Shown: positions 24,901-38,497 of the stretch, piece by piece | How the letters are laid out: each line of letters opens with the position of its first letter | How positions within the stretch are numbered: the stretch's first letter is position 1 | From: Felis catus | Taxonomy: Eukaryota | Assembly (NCBI RefSeq): GCF_018350175.1 | Contig: NC_058368.1 | Location: 40,426,001-40,490,000 of the forward strand | Direction: 5' to 3' | DNA length: 64,000 nt | Notes under the pieces: model-generated | Database searches by the model: none | Told to the model about the DNA's origin: nothing | What the model saw: only the letters and a program-made list of their open reading frames with translations | Translations under genes and position numbers: made by a program

Positions 24901-27500
24901 AAATCAACCACATGAAAAATTCTGGAAAGATCACAAATGTATGGAGATTAAGTAGCATGCAACTAAACAATAAATGACTCAACAAGATATCAAAGAGGAA
25001 ATAGAAAAATACATGGAAACAAGTGAAAATGAAAAGTCAGTGGTCCAAAATCTTTGGGACGTATCAAAAGCTATTCTAAGAGGAATGTTTATAGAAATGC
25101 GGGCCTACCTCAAGAAGCAAGAAAATATCAAACAATCTAACCTTATACCTGAAGGAGCTAGAAAAAGAACAAACAAAACCCCAAACTAGTAGAAGGAAGG
25201 AAATAATAAATATTAGAGCAGAAATGAATGAAATAGAAAGTAAAAAACAATAGATCAATGAAACCAGGAGCTGGTTCTTACAAAAGATCCACAAAATTGA
25301 GTAACTTTTAGCCAGACTCATTAAAAAAAAAAAGAGGGATGGAGAGGATTGAAATAAACAAAATTAGAAATTAAATAGGAGAAATAGCAACTGACATTAC
25401 AGAAACATATAGGATTATATAGGATTATAAGAGAATATTGTGGAAAAATTATATGACAACAAATTGGACAATCTACAAGAAATTAACAAATTCCTAGAAA
25501 CATAACTCCTCCAAAACAAAGTTAGGAGGAAACAAAATTTAAACAGACCAATCACCAGCAATGAAATTAAATCGGTAATCAAAAAACTCTGAAAAAAAAC
25601 AAAAGTACAGCACCAGACAACTTCCAAGGTGAAGTCCACCAAACATTGAAAGAATTAATACCCATTCTTCTCAAATTCATTGTGTGAGAATGAATTTGGT
25701 AACATCCTGATACCAAAACCAGATAAAAAATCACAAAAAAGAGAACTACAGTCTAATATCTCTCATGAATATGGATGCAAAAATCCTTAACAAAATAGTA
25801 GCAAATTGATTCTAACAATATATTTAACAAAGTCATATATCACAATTAACTGGGATTTATTCCTGAAATGCAAGTGTTGTTTAATATTCACAAAACAATC
25901 AGCACATGGTATGTCATATCAATAAGAGAAAGGATAAAACTGTATGATCATTTCAATAGATGCTGAAAAAAAGTATTTGACAAAACCAACATTCATTCAT
26001 GATGAAAACTCTCTACAAAGTAGGTATAGAAGGAACATATCTCAACATAATAAAGGCCTTATATGAAAAACCTACAGCTACCATCATACTCAATGGTGAA
26101 AAACTGAGAGATTCTCCTCTAATGTCAGGAACAAGACAAGGATGTCTGTTTGTCACCACTTTAATTCAACATAGTATTGGAAGTCCTAGCCACTGTAATT
26201 AGACGACATAAGAAATACAAGGCATCCATATTGGTAATGAAGGAGTAAATCTCTGTTTGCAGATGACACTACATATATACCTATACATACATACATACAC
26301 ACCCCAAAGACTCGCCAAAAAAAATCACAAGAACTGATAAATGAATTTAGTGTAGTCACAGGATACAAAATGAATGTACATAAATCTGTTGCATTCCTAT
26401 ACACTAATAATGAGGTAGCAGAAAGGGAAATTAAGAAAACAATTTAATTTACAATTAAACCCAAAATAATAAAATATCTAGGGATAAACTTAACCAAGGA
26501 CATGAAAGACTGGTACTCTGAGAGCTGTAAAACATTGATGAAAAAAAGCCAAGATGACACAAAGAAATAGACATTCTGTGCTCATGGTTGGAGGAACAAA
26601 TATTGGTAAAATGTCTATACTACTCAAAGCCATCTACAGATTTCATGCAATACCTATCAAAATAACAACAGCATTTTTCACAGAACTAGAACAAACAATC
26701 CTAAAATTTGTATGGAGCCATAAAACACTTTGAATAGATAAATCTATCTTGAAAAAGGAAAACAAAACTGTAGGTGCCACAATTCCGAATTTCAAGTTAT
26801 ATTACAAAGTGGTATTATTTAAAGCAGTGTGGTTCTGGTATAAAAATAGACATATAGATCAATGGAAAAGAACAGAAAGCCAAGAATAAACCCACAATTA
26901 TATGGTCAGTTAATCTTCAACAAAGGAGGAATGAATATACAGAGGGAAAAAGTCTCTTAAAAAAATGGTATTGGGACAACTGGAAAGCCACATCAAGAGA
27001 ATTAAACTGGACCACTATCTTACGCCATGCACAAAAATAAACTCACAATGGATTAAAGACTTAAATGTGAGACCTGAAACCATAAAAATCCTAGAAGAGA
27101 GTATAGGCAGTAATCTCTCTGACATCGGCCTTAGGAATCTTTTTTTTAGATATGTGTCCTGAGGAAGGGAAGTATAAGCAAAAATAAACTATTGAGACTA
27201 TTTCAAAATAAAAAAAGGCTTTTGCACAGCAAAGGAAACAATCAACAAAACTACAATTCAAACTACAGAATGGGAGAAGATATTTGCAAATGACATTTTG
27301 GTTAGTGTCCAAAATATATAAAGAACTGATATAGGTCAATACCTAAAAGCTAATAATCCGATTAAAACATGGGCAGAAAACATGAACAGACATTTCCCCA
27401 TAAAAGACATACAGATGGCTACATTAAAAGATGTGTGAAAGCACATGAAAAGATGCTCATCGTTACTTACCATCAGTGAACCACAAATAAAACTACAATG
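21990..27500 (+). mobile_element. Carnivore L1 copy A: partial 5' UTR, ORF1 (from ~22621), ORF2; pseudogenised
   Basis: EN, RT ([11 protein letters not shown]) and C-terminal remnants ([26 protein letters not shown]); many stops; interrupted at 27500. Confidence 0.95.
22728..22952 (+). mobile_element. Can-SINE in L1 ORF1
   Basis: Perfect 15-bp TSD tagagaatagactaa (22710-22724 / 22953-22967). Confidence 0.97.
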
Positions 27501-30500
27501 CGCAGGGCAGTGGTTAAGATATGGAGGAGTAGGGTGATCCTAAGCTTGCCTCCTCCCTTGAACAGCTAGATAAATATCAAACCATTCTGGACACCAAAGA
27601 AATCAATCATAAGTCTTAGAGAAAAGCTGTCCATCTACAAAGAGAAAAAAATGACACATGGAAGGTAGGAACTGTGGAGAGTAGATTTGTGGGAAAAAAA
27701 GAGCCACAGGTGCTTCTGAGGGGAGGGAGCCCTGACCAAGAGAGAGTAGCTAGAGAGAGAGACAGGGACAGAGGAAGAGTAAAAAGAGAGGAAGAGTAAA
27801 AAAAAAAAAAAATGAAAACATACACAGGGGACTGCTCAAGAAAACTGTTCCCCAAAACCTTTGATGGGGGAAAAGGAGAGGGTTCTGGTACTACCAGTTA
27901 GTTATAAACAGCAGAGTGCAGAGTCTGAATTTTCAGAAGTGGGTACCCGGCAGTCCTCTGGAGAGGAAGCAGAATGGAGACATGGGAGCAGGCAGCAAGG
28001 TCTGATGATCCTTTAGGTCACATGGGGAGAAGTGGTTCCCCTTCTTGGAGTGTATTTTATAGAGGTAATATGGCCTCTCCAGGGGCAAAAGACCCTGTGG
28101 GCACCATTGATTTGCCCTGGTCACCTGTATAGGAACAGAGAAGCCTGCTGAGGTCAGCTAAACCTGGTGTTGGCTGTGTGTTGCAATTTGTCATAAACTC
28201 CAACTGCTGTATAGTCACACAACTGTTTTCTGGAACAAGCCAGAACTGGCCACTTACAATGAGACCTTCCCTCACAGGATCATCACAGGTCTGCTCCTTG
28301 GGGGTCTCAGAAGTGTGAGGTTTTGAAACGCAGCTGGGCCTGATATGAAGCACGGAAGTGCTGTGCTGCCTGTCAGGCAGACAGCTTAGTCAAGGACAGG
28401 GTGAAGGTGGAGATCTGATGGAAGTCAGGGATGCAGGAGAGGTGAATGTGCATCTGTGAGTCTTCTTGAAGTGTAGCAAGCATGAATCAATCTTCTGTGC
28501 CGGGAGACAAGAGACGTGGGTGAAGCTATTTTCCTTGCTCAACATCACTGATGGACCTCAGAGAGCTAAACAGCACCACCAGTGGAGAAGGGAGCTGCTA
28601 AACCAAGCCCCACCTCCTTGCCTTCTGCAGGTACATGTCCACGAGGACAAGTCCATGGGGGAACTAGAGCAGCATGCCTCTTCCTCAGAAGACCAGCACA
28701 AATTCCTCATTTGGACTAAATCTACTGATCATAGAGTGCTGCAAAGCTTCAGCTCCAGAGGAAACAGGATTTAGCTTCCTTTGGGTTTAATCAGAGATTT
28801 AATCATTACAGATAGAAGTTAGATGTCTGAACTAGAATTTAAAATAGCATTTATAAGAATATATGTTGGGCTTGAAAAAAGCAGAGAAGACAGTAGGGAA
28901 TCCCTTACTGCAGAGATAAAAGAACTAAAATCTAAAGGCTAAAATTAAAAATGCTATAACCGAGATATAAACCCAAATGAATGCCATAACAATGAGTATG
29001 GACAAAGTAGAGGAATGAGTAAGTGATATAGAAGATAGAATTATGGAAAATAATGAAACTGAAAAGAAGAGGGAAAGAAAGGTAACAAATCCTAAAAATA
29101 GACTTAGGGAACTCAGCAACTTATTAAAACAGAATAACATTTGTATATAGGAATCCCAAAAGATGAACAGAGATAAAAAATGGGCAGAAGGCTTATTTGA
29201 ACAAATTATAGATGAAAACTTACTTAATATGGGGAAGGACACAGACATTAAAATCTAAGAAGCATAGAGAACTCCCATTAAATTCAACAAAAGCTGGTCA
29301 TCACCAAGGCATATCATAGTAAGATTCACAAAAAGACAAGGAAAGAATCCTGTAAGCAGCAAGGGAAGAAAAGTCCTTAACCTACAAGGGAAGTCAGATC
29401 AGGTCCTCCGCAGATGTGTCCACAGAAACTCTGCAGACCAGAAGGGAATGGCAGGATATATTCAACATGCTGAGTGGAAAAAATATGCAGCCAAAAGTAC
29501 TTAATCCAGCAAGGTGATCATTCTGAATAGCAGGATTGATAAAGTGTTTCCCAGACAAACAAAACTAAAGGAGTTCATGACCACTAAATCGGCCCTGCAA
29601 GAAATATTAAGGGGGAGTCTTTGAGTGGGTAAATAAACACCAAAATCAACAAAGAATAGAAAGGAACAGAGAAAATCACTATAAACACCAACCTAACAGG
29701 TAACACAGTGGCACTAAATTCATATCTTTCAATAATCACTCTGAATGTAAATGGACTAAATGCTCCAATCAAAGGACACAGGGTATCAGAATGGATAAAA
29801 AATAAGATCCATCTATATTTTGCCTACAGAAGACCAATTTTAGACCTAAAAACATTGGCAGATTTAACATGAGGGGATGGAGAACCATCTATCGTGATAA
29901 TGGGTGCCAAAAGGAGGCTGGAGTGGCCATACTTATTTCAGACAAACTGGATTTTAAACCAAAGACTGTAACAGGAGATGAAGGGCGCAATATCATAATT
30001 AAATGGTCTATCCATGAAGAAGATATAACAATTATAAATATTTATGCCCCAAACTTGAAAACCCCACAATACATAAATCGTTAATAATAATCATAAAGAA
30101 ACTGATTGGTAATAACACAATAATAGTAGGGAATTTTAACAACCCATTTAGAGCAATGGTCAGGTCATATAAGCAGAAAATCAGTAAGAAAACAATGTCT
30201 CTGAGTGACACACTGGACCAGATGGATTTAACAGATATATTCAGAACATTCCATCCTAAAGCAGTAGGATACACATTTTTTTTCAAGTGCACACAACAAC
30301 ATTCTCCAGAATAGAACACATACCAGGTCACAAATCAGGCCTCAACAAATACAGAAATACTGAGATCATACCATGCATATTTTTAGACCACAACACTATG
30401 AAATTTGAAGTCAACCACAAGAAAAATTTTGGAAAGACTACAAATACATGGAGGTTAAATAACATCCTACTAAAGAATAAATGGGTTAACCAGGAAATTA

Positions 30501-31460
30501 AAGAAGAAATTTTAAAAATGCATAAATGCAAATGAAAATGAAAACATGACAGTCCAAAACCTTTGGGAAATACAAATAAAACCATAAGAGATGTCATCTG
30601 ACACCTGTCAAAATGGCTAAAATTAACACAGTAAACAGTTATTGATGAGGATATGGAGAAATTGGAATGCTCTTCTACTGTCGGTGGCAATGCAAACTGG
30701 TGCAGCCACTCTGGAAAACAGTATGGAGGTTCTTCAAAAAGTTAAAAATAGAACTACCCTATGATCCAGCAATTGCACTACTAGGTATTTACCTAAACAT
30801 TACAAAAATACTGATTCAGAGGAGTGTATGCACCCTGATATTTCCAACATAGCCAAACGGTGGAGAAAGCCCAAATATCCATTGATTGATGAATGGATAA
30901 AGATGTAATATATAAATAATATATATACATGACGTATGCAATCATATATTATGCAGCCATAAAAAATGAAATGTAGCCATTTGCAACAACATAGATCAAG
31001 CTAGAGTGTGTTATGTAGGCGAAATAAATCAGTCAGAGAAAGACAAATACCATATGATTTCACTCATGTGGAATTTAAGAAACAAAACAGACGAACATAT
31101 GGGAAGAGGGAAAAAGAAAAAAAAGAGGGAAACAAACCATAAGCGACTCTTAAAGGTAGAGAACAAACTGAGGGTTGGTGGAGGGAGGTGAGTGGGTCAT
31201 GGGCTAGATCGGGGATGGGTATTAAGGTAGGCATTTGTTATGATGAGCAGTCGGTATTATATGTAGGTGATGAATCACTGAATTCTACTCCTAAAACCAG
31301 TATTTCTATTTTAACTAACTAGAATTTAAATATAAATTTAAAAAAACAAACATCATATCTGGGCAAAAAAAAGAAATAAATAGCAAAAATAAATAAATAG
31401 CAAAAAAAGAGAAAAGAAATAGCAAAAAAAAAAAAACCCCACAAAACAAAAAACAAAAAA
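27501..31460 (+). mobile_element. Carnivore L1 copy B: full 5' UTR, ORF1, EN, internal deletion of the RT region, 3' UTR and A-rich tail
   Basis: 5' start ...taagatatggaggagtagg; EN remnant RGWRTIY..GCQKEAGVAILISDKLDFK; jump at 30565-30568 to the ORF2 C-terminus; tail 31335-31460. Confidence 0.93.
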
Positions 31461-31828
31461 ACACCACACTGCACTGTGATATCACCTGACAATTGTCTGA
31501 ATGGCTAAAATCAAAAGCACACAAAATATCATGTGTTGGTAAGGATGTGGAGGGAAGTGAGGATGTCAGTTTTTGGTTGAATTGCAAACAGGTGCAGCCA
31601 CTGTGGAAAACAGTATGGAGGTTCCTCAAAAAGTTAAAAATAGAGCTATTCTACGATCCTGCAATTGCACTACTGGGTATTTACCCAAAGAATAAAAAAA
31701 CAAAAACAAAAACTAAAAAACTAAGTCAAAGGGTTATATGCACCTCTATGTTAATAGTAGCATTATTTGACAATAGCAAAGATGCAGAAGCACCCCAGTA
31801 TCTATTGATTGATGAATGGATAATGAAG

Positions 31829-31871
<43 letters not shown>

Positions 31872-31985
31872 CACACACAATGAAATATAATTCAGCCATA
31901 AAAAAGAACAAAATTTTACCATTTGCAATGAAACAGTTGGCGCTGGAGAGTATAATGCTAAGTGAAATGAGTCAGAGAAAGACAG
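31461..31985 (+). mobile_element. L1 copy A remainder (ORF2 C-terminus, start of 3' UTR) with (GT)n
   Basis: Resumes at ...cactg tgatatcacctgac; [19 protein letters not shown]. Confidence 0.85.
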
Positions 31986-31989
31986 TTAA

Positions 31990-32280
31990 TTATTAAAATG
32001 TATAATCTAATTGAAAATTGAGAAAGGATTTGAATAGATGGTGTACAAATGGCCAGTAAACATATCTTTAGTCATTAGGGGAATTCAAATTAAAGCGGAA
32101 TTATAAACAACACAGGAAAATTTGGAGGTGATAGATATATTCACTATTTTGTTTGTGGAGACAGTTTTCACAAGTGTATACATGTTCTAAAACATATGTC
32201 AAACTATCAAAATATATACTTTAAATATTTAAATTGTGCAATTTATTATATATCAATTGTAACTCAAAAGGCTGTTAAAA
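31990..32280 (+). mobile_element. Old L1M 3' end (outer layer resumes)
   Basis: ggaggtgatagatatattcactat...tgtgcaatttattatatatcaattgtaactcaaaaggctgttaaaa. Confidence 0.8.
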
Positions 32281-33372
32281 TTTTATCACTTAAATTGAAA
32301 AGTTACATTTGCCTCCTATAACAGAATGACATTTCCTAGACATACAAAGCTTAAAAATACACACAATTAAGAATTTTATTAGTGTTTGCATGAAAGAAGT
32401 ATGAATAGATGGAACTATTTTCTTACTTGGTTTACCGTTTTCTCATAGTGTATAAACACTGACGTATATATTTTATTTGTGTGTTAATTCTGCATTCATT
32501 TTGGATTGTCAGCATTCACCGATACCAGTACACAACTCTGAAGAATACCAACTCTTTGCTTACTTTAAAAATACTATGATGATTTAAGCATAACCGAGTT
32601 TATTAGCCCTATAACCCTGGTAGTAACACCACTCCCTCAACACCTCTGTCTCTGTTATGCACTCTAGATCTTTGTATCTTTGGAGAAATTCTCTTTACAC
32701 TAATATCTTCAACCTTCTTCTTCCTGCTTGCTCTGTTCTTTTCTTTTTGCACCTTGTGACTCAGGGGAACACATTAAATTAATCTGACCTTTTACAAGTT
32801 CTGAATCCATTTAGAATAGGGAAGAATAAAATACATGGGGGATAGACATTATTTGGTAAATATTAGAAAGCATAATGTATTTGTAGGCAAGTAGATTTAA
32901 AATATTGAATCTAAGAATTAGAAAACTCAGCTTATGCCAGAAGTTCTAAAAAACATAAGCTTAAGCTCACGGCACAGGGAAATGCAATCAAGGACACATA
33001 CTTTTTCTGGAATGTCAGCTCCTAAGAAACAGGAGTGTGGAAGAGGAAAGGATATAGCAAGCATTTCCTTTCTCTCTTCTAAACTCATTACAGTTACTTC
33101 TCTGGCACAGAGTGTATAAGCAAGCAGCCGGTGACCAGGGGTATTATACCAATGGTTGTCCTTCTGCACTGAAAAATGGAATTCATTGGGATGTAGTAGT
33201 GAGAAGAGGAGATACTCGCTTCTGATATTTCATATGTCCTCAGTGAGATATTTGGGAGGGATAGTTGTAGTTTGGGAGAAAAGAGAAAATATTATCATAA
33301 AAACAGTAAGTTGACTAGGATGAAATGAATTATCTAGGATTCTCAAGCAGTGTTAAATTCAGCTATTTCAGC

Positions 33373-33583
33373 TTTTTAAAAATAAGTTTATTTTTGAGAG
33401 AGAGAGCGCATGAGCGTGTGTTTGTGAGTGGGGGAGGGGCAGAGAGAGAGGGAGAGAGAATCCCAAGCAGGCTCCACACAGCACAGTGCCGGACTGGTGG
33501 CCCTAATTCATGAACCTCTAGATCATGACCTGAGCTGAAATCAAGAGCTGGGTGCTTAACCAACTAAGCCATCCAGGTGCCCC
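33373..33583 (-). mobile_element. Can-SINE
   Basis: ccaggtgcccc head, gagaatcccaagcaggctcc body, T-rich tail. Confidence 0.93.
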
Positions 33584-33789
33584 TTAACTGTTTCATTTTA
33601 AAGACTGAACAAATAAAAATACTGATGGGAAGTTTTGTTTTTATTTCAGGACATTATTATTGAGGGAAAAAGCAACAAAATTGTGGAAATTGTCTTTTGT
33701 AGTAGTTTCCTTATTCAGTGATTTGTTTAGTATCTTCATTTTAAGAAAAATGAAGGTGTTGGCCTGGCTGACTGTCTTTTTCTTCTTTA

Positions 33790-35450
33790 AGTGCATTCTT
33801 CATGTCACTTTAGAGATATTATGAACTCCTGGTTTTCCCCCACCTTCTCAGTAGCTCCTTCTCAGTCTTCATCAGTATTTCTCCTCTTGCTCACCTATAA
33901 ATGTTCTCATAAGTTTCATACTGATCTTAAACTCCTGTCAATATTCTCTAACATGCTAGGCAATCTTTTCTCATCTCATATTTTTAAATGTCTCCTATAT
34001 GCTAAAATATCACACTTCAGGTATTTAACTTGTTCTCCCAAAGTGTTAAAATTATATTTACAAATGTCTATTCAATATCTGTCTCATTGGATGTCTAAGT
34101 GGCATAGCAAATGTGATATGTATAAAACTGAATTCTTCATTCCTCATCTCAACCAAATCCCATTTTTACCTCACTTTTCCTCATTTTGGTAGAAGGCAAC
34201 AACATTCCCCTGAGTCAGCTTAGATGTCCCTAATTTTTCATTCCTTGCATCTAAACCATCTGCAAATCTTACTGGTTTTACCTTTACACATCTTACCAAA
34301 TCATAGCTCTTCCCATGGTGCCACTCCTGCTTATAACCTTGCATTGACTTTCATCAGACATAGACAGACATTGGATTCATTTTCTATTGCTGCAGAAGAA
34401 ATTACTATATTTTTAGCACTTGACCACCAGAAACACTGATTATTTCATAGTTTCTGTGACTCAGGCTTCCTGACATAGTTTAGCAGGATTCTCGGCTGGA
34501 GTCTCATAAAGCTATATCCAGGTGTCAGCCAGGGTCGTGACCTTGGCTCAGGACCTTAAAGCTCAGGTCCTCTTTCAAATTTGTATGACTGTTAGCAGCA
34601 CTAGTTTTTATCGTAGCTTTAGAATCCATAGTGGCTTGTTACTTCAATGCCACCTGGAGGGGGTTTCTGTTGCTTTCAGTTTTCTCCCTGTAGACCCTCT
34701 TCTAAAGGCCTTGAATGATAAGATCAGGTCTACCAAGGATTAAGCTCCCTATCATTGAATGTAAAGTAGACTATTTGAGGCTTTAATTGTATCTGCAAAA
34801 AATCCCTTCACTTTTTCCTTATAATGTAACATAATTATGGGAATGACATGCATTTTAATTACAGATTCTGTCCACACAGAAAGTAAAGGTATTATATAAG
34901 ATACATATACTAGCATTTGGGAATCTTGGAGATTATAATGAAATTCTACCTACCATAGAGGTAAAATCCTTACTGTGGCCCTTAAAAAAATCTTTAAATT
35001 CACTTACTATCATTGTTCCCTTAGCACATTTTGATCTACTATTCTTTGTTTCTCTATCAGGTCAAGTTCAGTTTGGCCTTAGTGCCTCCAGAATTTATTT
35101 TCTCTACCTCAAATGTTCTACCCACAATATTCATATCTTTAATTTTTGTTTTACTCTTATCTTTTCATATATTACATTTCAATATGGTTGTTATGGGTTA
35201 ACTAATAATTTGAAAAATCGTGCTACTCCTCTTCATTATATTTTATATGTATCATTTCCTAAAATTATGTAATGTTATGTTACATTATACCATATTATAT
35301 CATATTGCATTATGTTATTCATTAGCTAGCATATTGTCTGTTTCTTGCTCCATAATATAATCTCGACTAGAGAAAGGTCTTTTTCTATACTGTTGGTGAC
35401 TGTATTCTTGGCACATAGGACTGTTAAATATATGTAAAACAAAGGAAAGA
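33790..35450 (+). mobile_element. L2 LINE 3' region interrupted by MLT1
   Basis: ctcctggttttcc..., ttggatgtctaagtggcat..aaa..atgtataaaactgaa; 3' end ctgtattcttggcacatagg. Confidence 0.7.
34372..34957 (-). mobile_element. MaLR MLT1-type solo LTR
   Basis: ttttctattgctgc..aaattac...tttcatagtttctgtgactcagg...aggtgtcagccaggg...aattctacctaccata. Confidence 0.8.
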
Positions 35451-35484
35451 AGGAAAATCAGGAAATAAGGGAAGAATTATTCTT

Positions 35485-35852
35485 TTTTAAATTTTATTCT
35501 TTATTTTTAAAATTTACATCTAAATTAGCATATAGTGTAACAATGATTTCAGGAGTATATCCTTAGTGCCCCTTACCCATTTAGCCCATCCCCCCTCCCA
35601 CAACCCCTCCAGTAACCCTCAGTTTGTTCTCCATATTTATGAGTCTCTTATGTTTTGTCCCTCTCCCTGTTGTTATATTATTTTTGTTTCCCTTCCATTA
35701 TGTTCATCTGTTTTGTCTCTTAAAGTCCTCATGAGTGAAGTCATATGATTTTTGTCTTTCTCTGACAGACTAATTTCACTTAGCGTAATACCCTCCAGTT
35801 CCATCCATGTAGTTGCAAGATTTCACTCTTTCTGATTGCCGAGTAATACTCC

Positions 35853-35941
<89 letters not shown>

Positions 35942-37016
35942 CCACATCTTCTTTATACATTCATCCATCAGTGGACATTTGGGCTCTTTCCATACTTTGG
36001 CTATTGTTGATAGTGCTGCTATAAACATGGGGGTGCATGTGTCCCTTCAAAACAGCACACCTGTATCCCATGGATAAATGCTTAGTAGTGCAATTGCTAG
36101 GTCTATTTTTAGTTTTTTGAGGAACCTCCATACTGTTTTCCAGAGTGGCTGCACCAGCTTGCATCCCCACCAACAATGCAAAAGAGATCCTTTTTCTCCA
36201 CAGCCTTGCCAATATCTGTTGTTGCCTGAGTTGTTACTGTTAGCCATTCTGACCGGTGTAAGGTGGTATCTCATTGTGGTTTTGATTTGTATTTCCCTGA
36301 TGATAAGTGATGTGGAGCATTTTTTCATGTGTTGGTTGGCTATCTGGATGTCTTCTTTGAAGAAGTGTCTATTCATGTCTTTTGCCCATTTCTTCACTGG
36401 ATTATTTGTTTTTTGGGTGTTGAGTTTGATAAGTTCTTTATCGATTTTGGATACTAACCCTTTATCTGATATGTCATTTGCAAATATCGTCTCCCATTCT
36501 GTCAGTTGCCTTTTAGTTTTGGTGATTGTTTCCTTTGCTGTGCAGAAGCTTTTTATTTTCATGAGGTTCCATTAGTTCATTTTTGCTTTTGTTTCCCTTG
36601 CCTCTGGAGATGTGTTGAGTAAGCAGTTGCTGCCGTCAAGGTCAAAGAGGTTTTTGCTTGCTTTCTCCTCGAGGATTTTGATGGCTTCCTGTCTTTCATT
36701 GTGGTCTTTCATCCATTTTGAGTTTATTTTTGTGTATGGTGTAAGAAAGTGGTCCAGGTTCATTCTTATGCCTTTCATTGAGGTCTTTCATCCATTTTGA
36801 GTTTATTTTTGTGTATGGTGTAAGAAAGTGGTCCAGGTTCATTCTTCTGCATGTTGCTGTCCAGTTTTCCCAGCACCACTTGGTGAAGAGACTGTCTTTA
36901 TTCCATTGGATATTCTTTCTTGCTTTGTCAAAGATAAGTTGGCTATAGGTTTGTGGGTCCATTTCTGGGTTCTCTATTCTCTTCCATTGATCTGAGTGTC
37001 TGTTCTTGTGCCAAGA
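35485..37016 (-). mobile_element. Young felid L1 (L1_Fc-like), 5'-truncated, ~1.5 kb
   Basis: Perfect 13-bp TSD aagaattattctt (35472-35484 / 37017-37029); 171-aa open ORF2 C-terminal frame ([18 protein letters not shown]); internal (GT)n(AT)n. Confidence 0.97.
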
Positions 37017-37123
37017 AAGAATTATTCTTAAAGGAATATTTAATCATATAATTCCATAGTTACCTCCTTTTGATGGCAGTCCATTTCTTACAGAATATAA
37101 TACAAAAACACTTAATGTAGTGC

Positions 37124-37131
37124 TGTCTCTG

Positions 37132-37193
<62 letters not shown>
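37124..37193. repeat. (CT)n microsatellite
   Basis: Direct reading. Confidence 0.95.
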
Positions 37194-37199
<6 letters not shown>

Positions 37200-38283
37200 G
37201 CTTAACTCCCAAGGCTTCTCTTTTACAATTTTGTGACCCATACTCTGAACTAGAGCAACATGGAATGCCTTGTAACACAAATCACATGCTATATTGTAAA
37301 ATTTTTTTCTTCTCTTGTCTTTACCCTGAGCAGCTCACCTGTACTGATCATTTAACACATCTTGAGGTTCCTGTCCAACCTGTAGCTGAAACAAATGTTC
37401 CTCTTCTTTACTTGTCTAAGAAATTCAATGGAGTTTGATAATGGAACTTAAGTATGTTTTGTCATTTGTAAATTGCATATGTCTCTGCTCTTATTCTAAA
37501 GGTTTAAGAATCAGAAATTGAGTATTATTCATTGATTTTTTAATCAACTGATTCTCCCAATTTTTAAATTAAAATATCATGTATATCAGGCAAATTTATC
37601 TTTGTTTAGAGTACAGTACAAGTTTTGACAAACATACAGTCATGTTACAACACCAAAAATCAGCTTAAACAATCTTCCAGTCACATCAAAGATTTCCCTT
37701 GGTCTTTTTGTTGTGAATTCCTCCCACAAACTCAGCCCCTGGCAACAACTGATCTGTGTTCTGTTTCTCTAGTTTAACCTTCCAAGAATATCATGTATAT
37801 GGAATCTGAAAATGTGTAAATTTTGGAGTCTCATTTCATTTATCCTATGTACTTGTAACTCATCCTCTTTATGACATGTATCAATAGTTTGTTACTTTTA
37901 TTGTTGAGTGATGTTCCTTGTATGGATTTAACACAGTGTGTGCATCTTTTCCTCTGCTTAGGGTTTAAAAATAAAGTCTCTGTGAGTATTCATGTGTAAG
38001 TTTTTGTGTGAGTTATTTTTTTTTAATTTCTTGTAGGTAAATACATGGGTATTGGTTTGCTGGGTTATATGGTAAGTGTATGTGTGACTTCAACATACTG
38101 ATAAACTGTTTCCTAAACTGACTATACTATTTTGCTTAATTACTAACAATGTATGGGATTTCCTGTTGTACTGTTTCCTTCTCAGCATTTCGTATTGTGA
38201 AGATCTTTAGCATTTTGTCTGTGTAGCAGTGTATTATTGTTTTTTTTAATTTGCATTTCCTTAAAAACTCATGATATCTTCTT

Positions 38284-38497
38284 TACAAAATTTTCAATGT
38301 TTATTTATTTTTGAGAGAGAGAGACACAGAGCGTGAGTCGGGGAGGGGCAGAGATACAGAGGGAGAAACAGAATCTGAAGCAGGCTCCAGGCTGAGCTAT
38401 TAGCTCAGAGCCAGACCTGGGCCTCGAATTATGAGCTGTGAGATCATGACCTGAGCCAAACTTAGACACTTAACTGACTGAGCCCCCTAGGGACCCC
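38284..38497 (-). mobile_element. Can-SINE
   Basis: Perfect 15-bp TSD tcatgatatcttctt (38269-38283 / 38498-38512). Confidence 0.97.

Noticed and set aside
21990..31460. Possible active full-length L1
   Set aside because: Both copies have many stops and frameshifts; B lacks the RT region
36047..36575. Overlapping 171-aa and 165-aa ORFs
   Set aside because: L1 ORF2 C-terminus and its antisense frame in a truncated element
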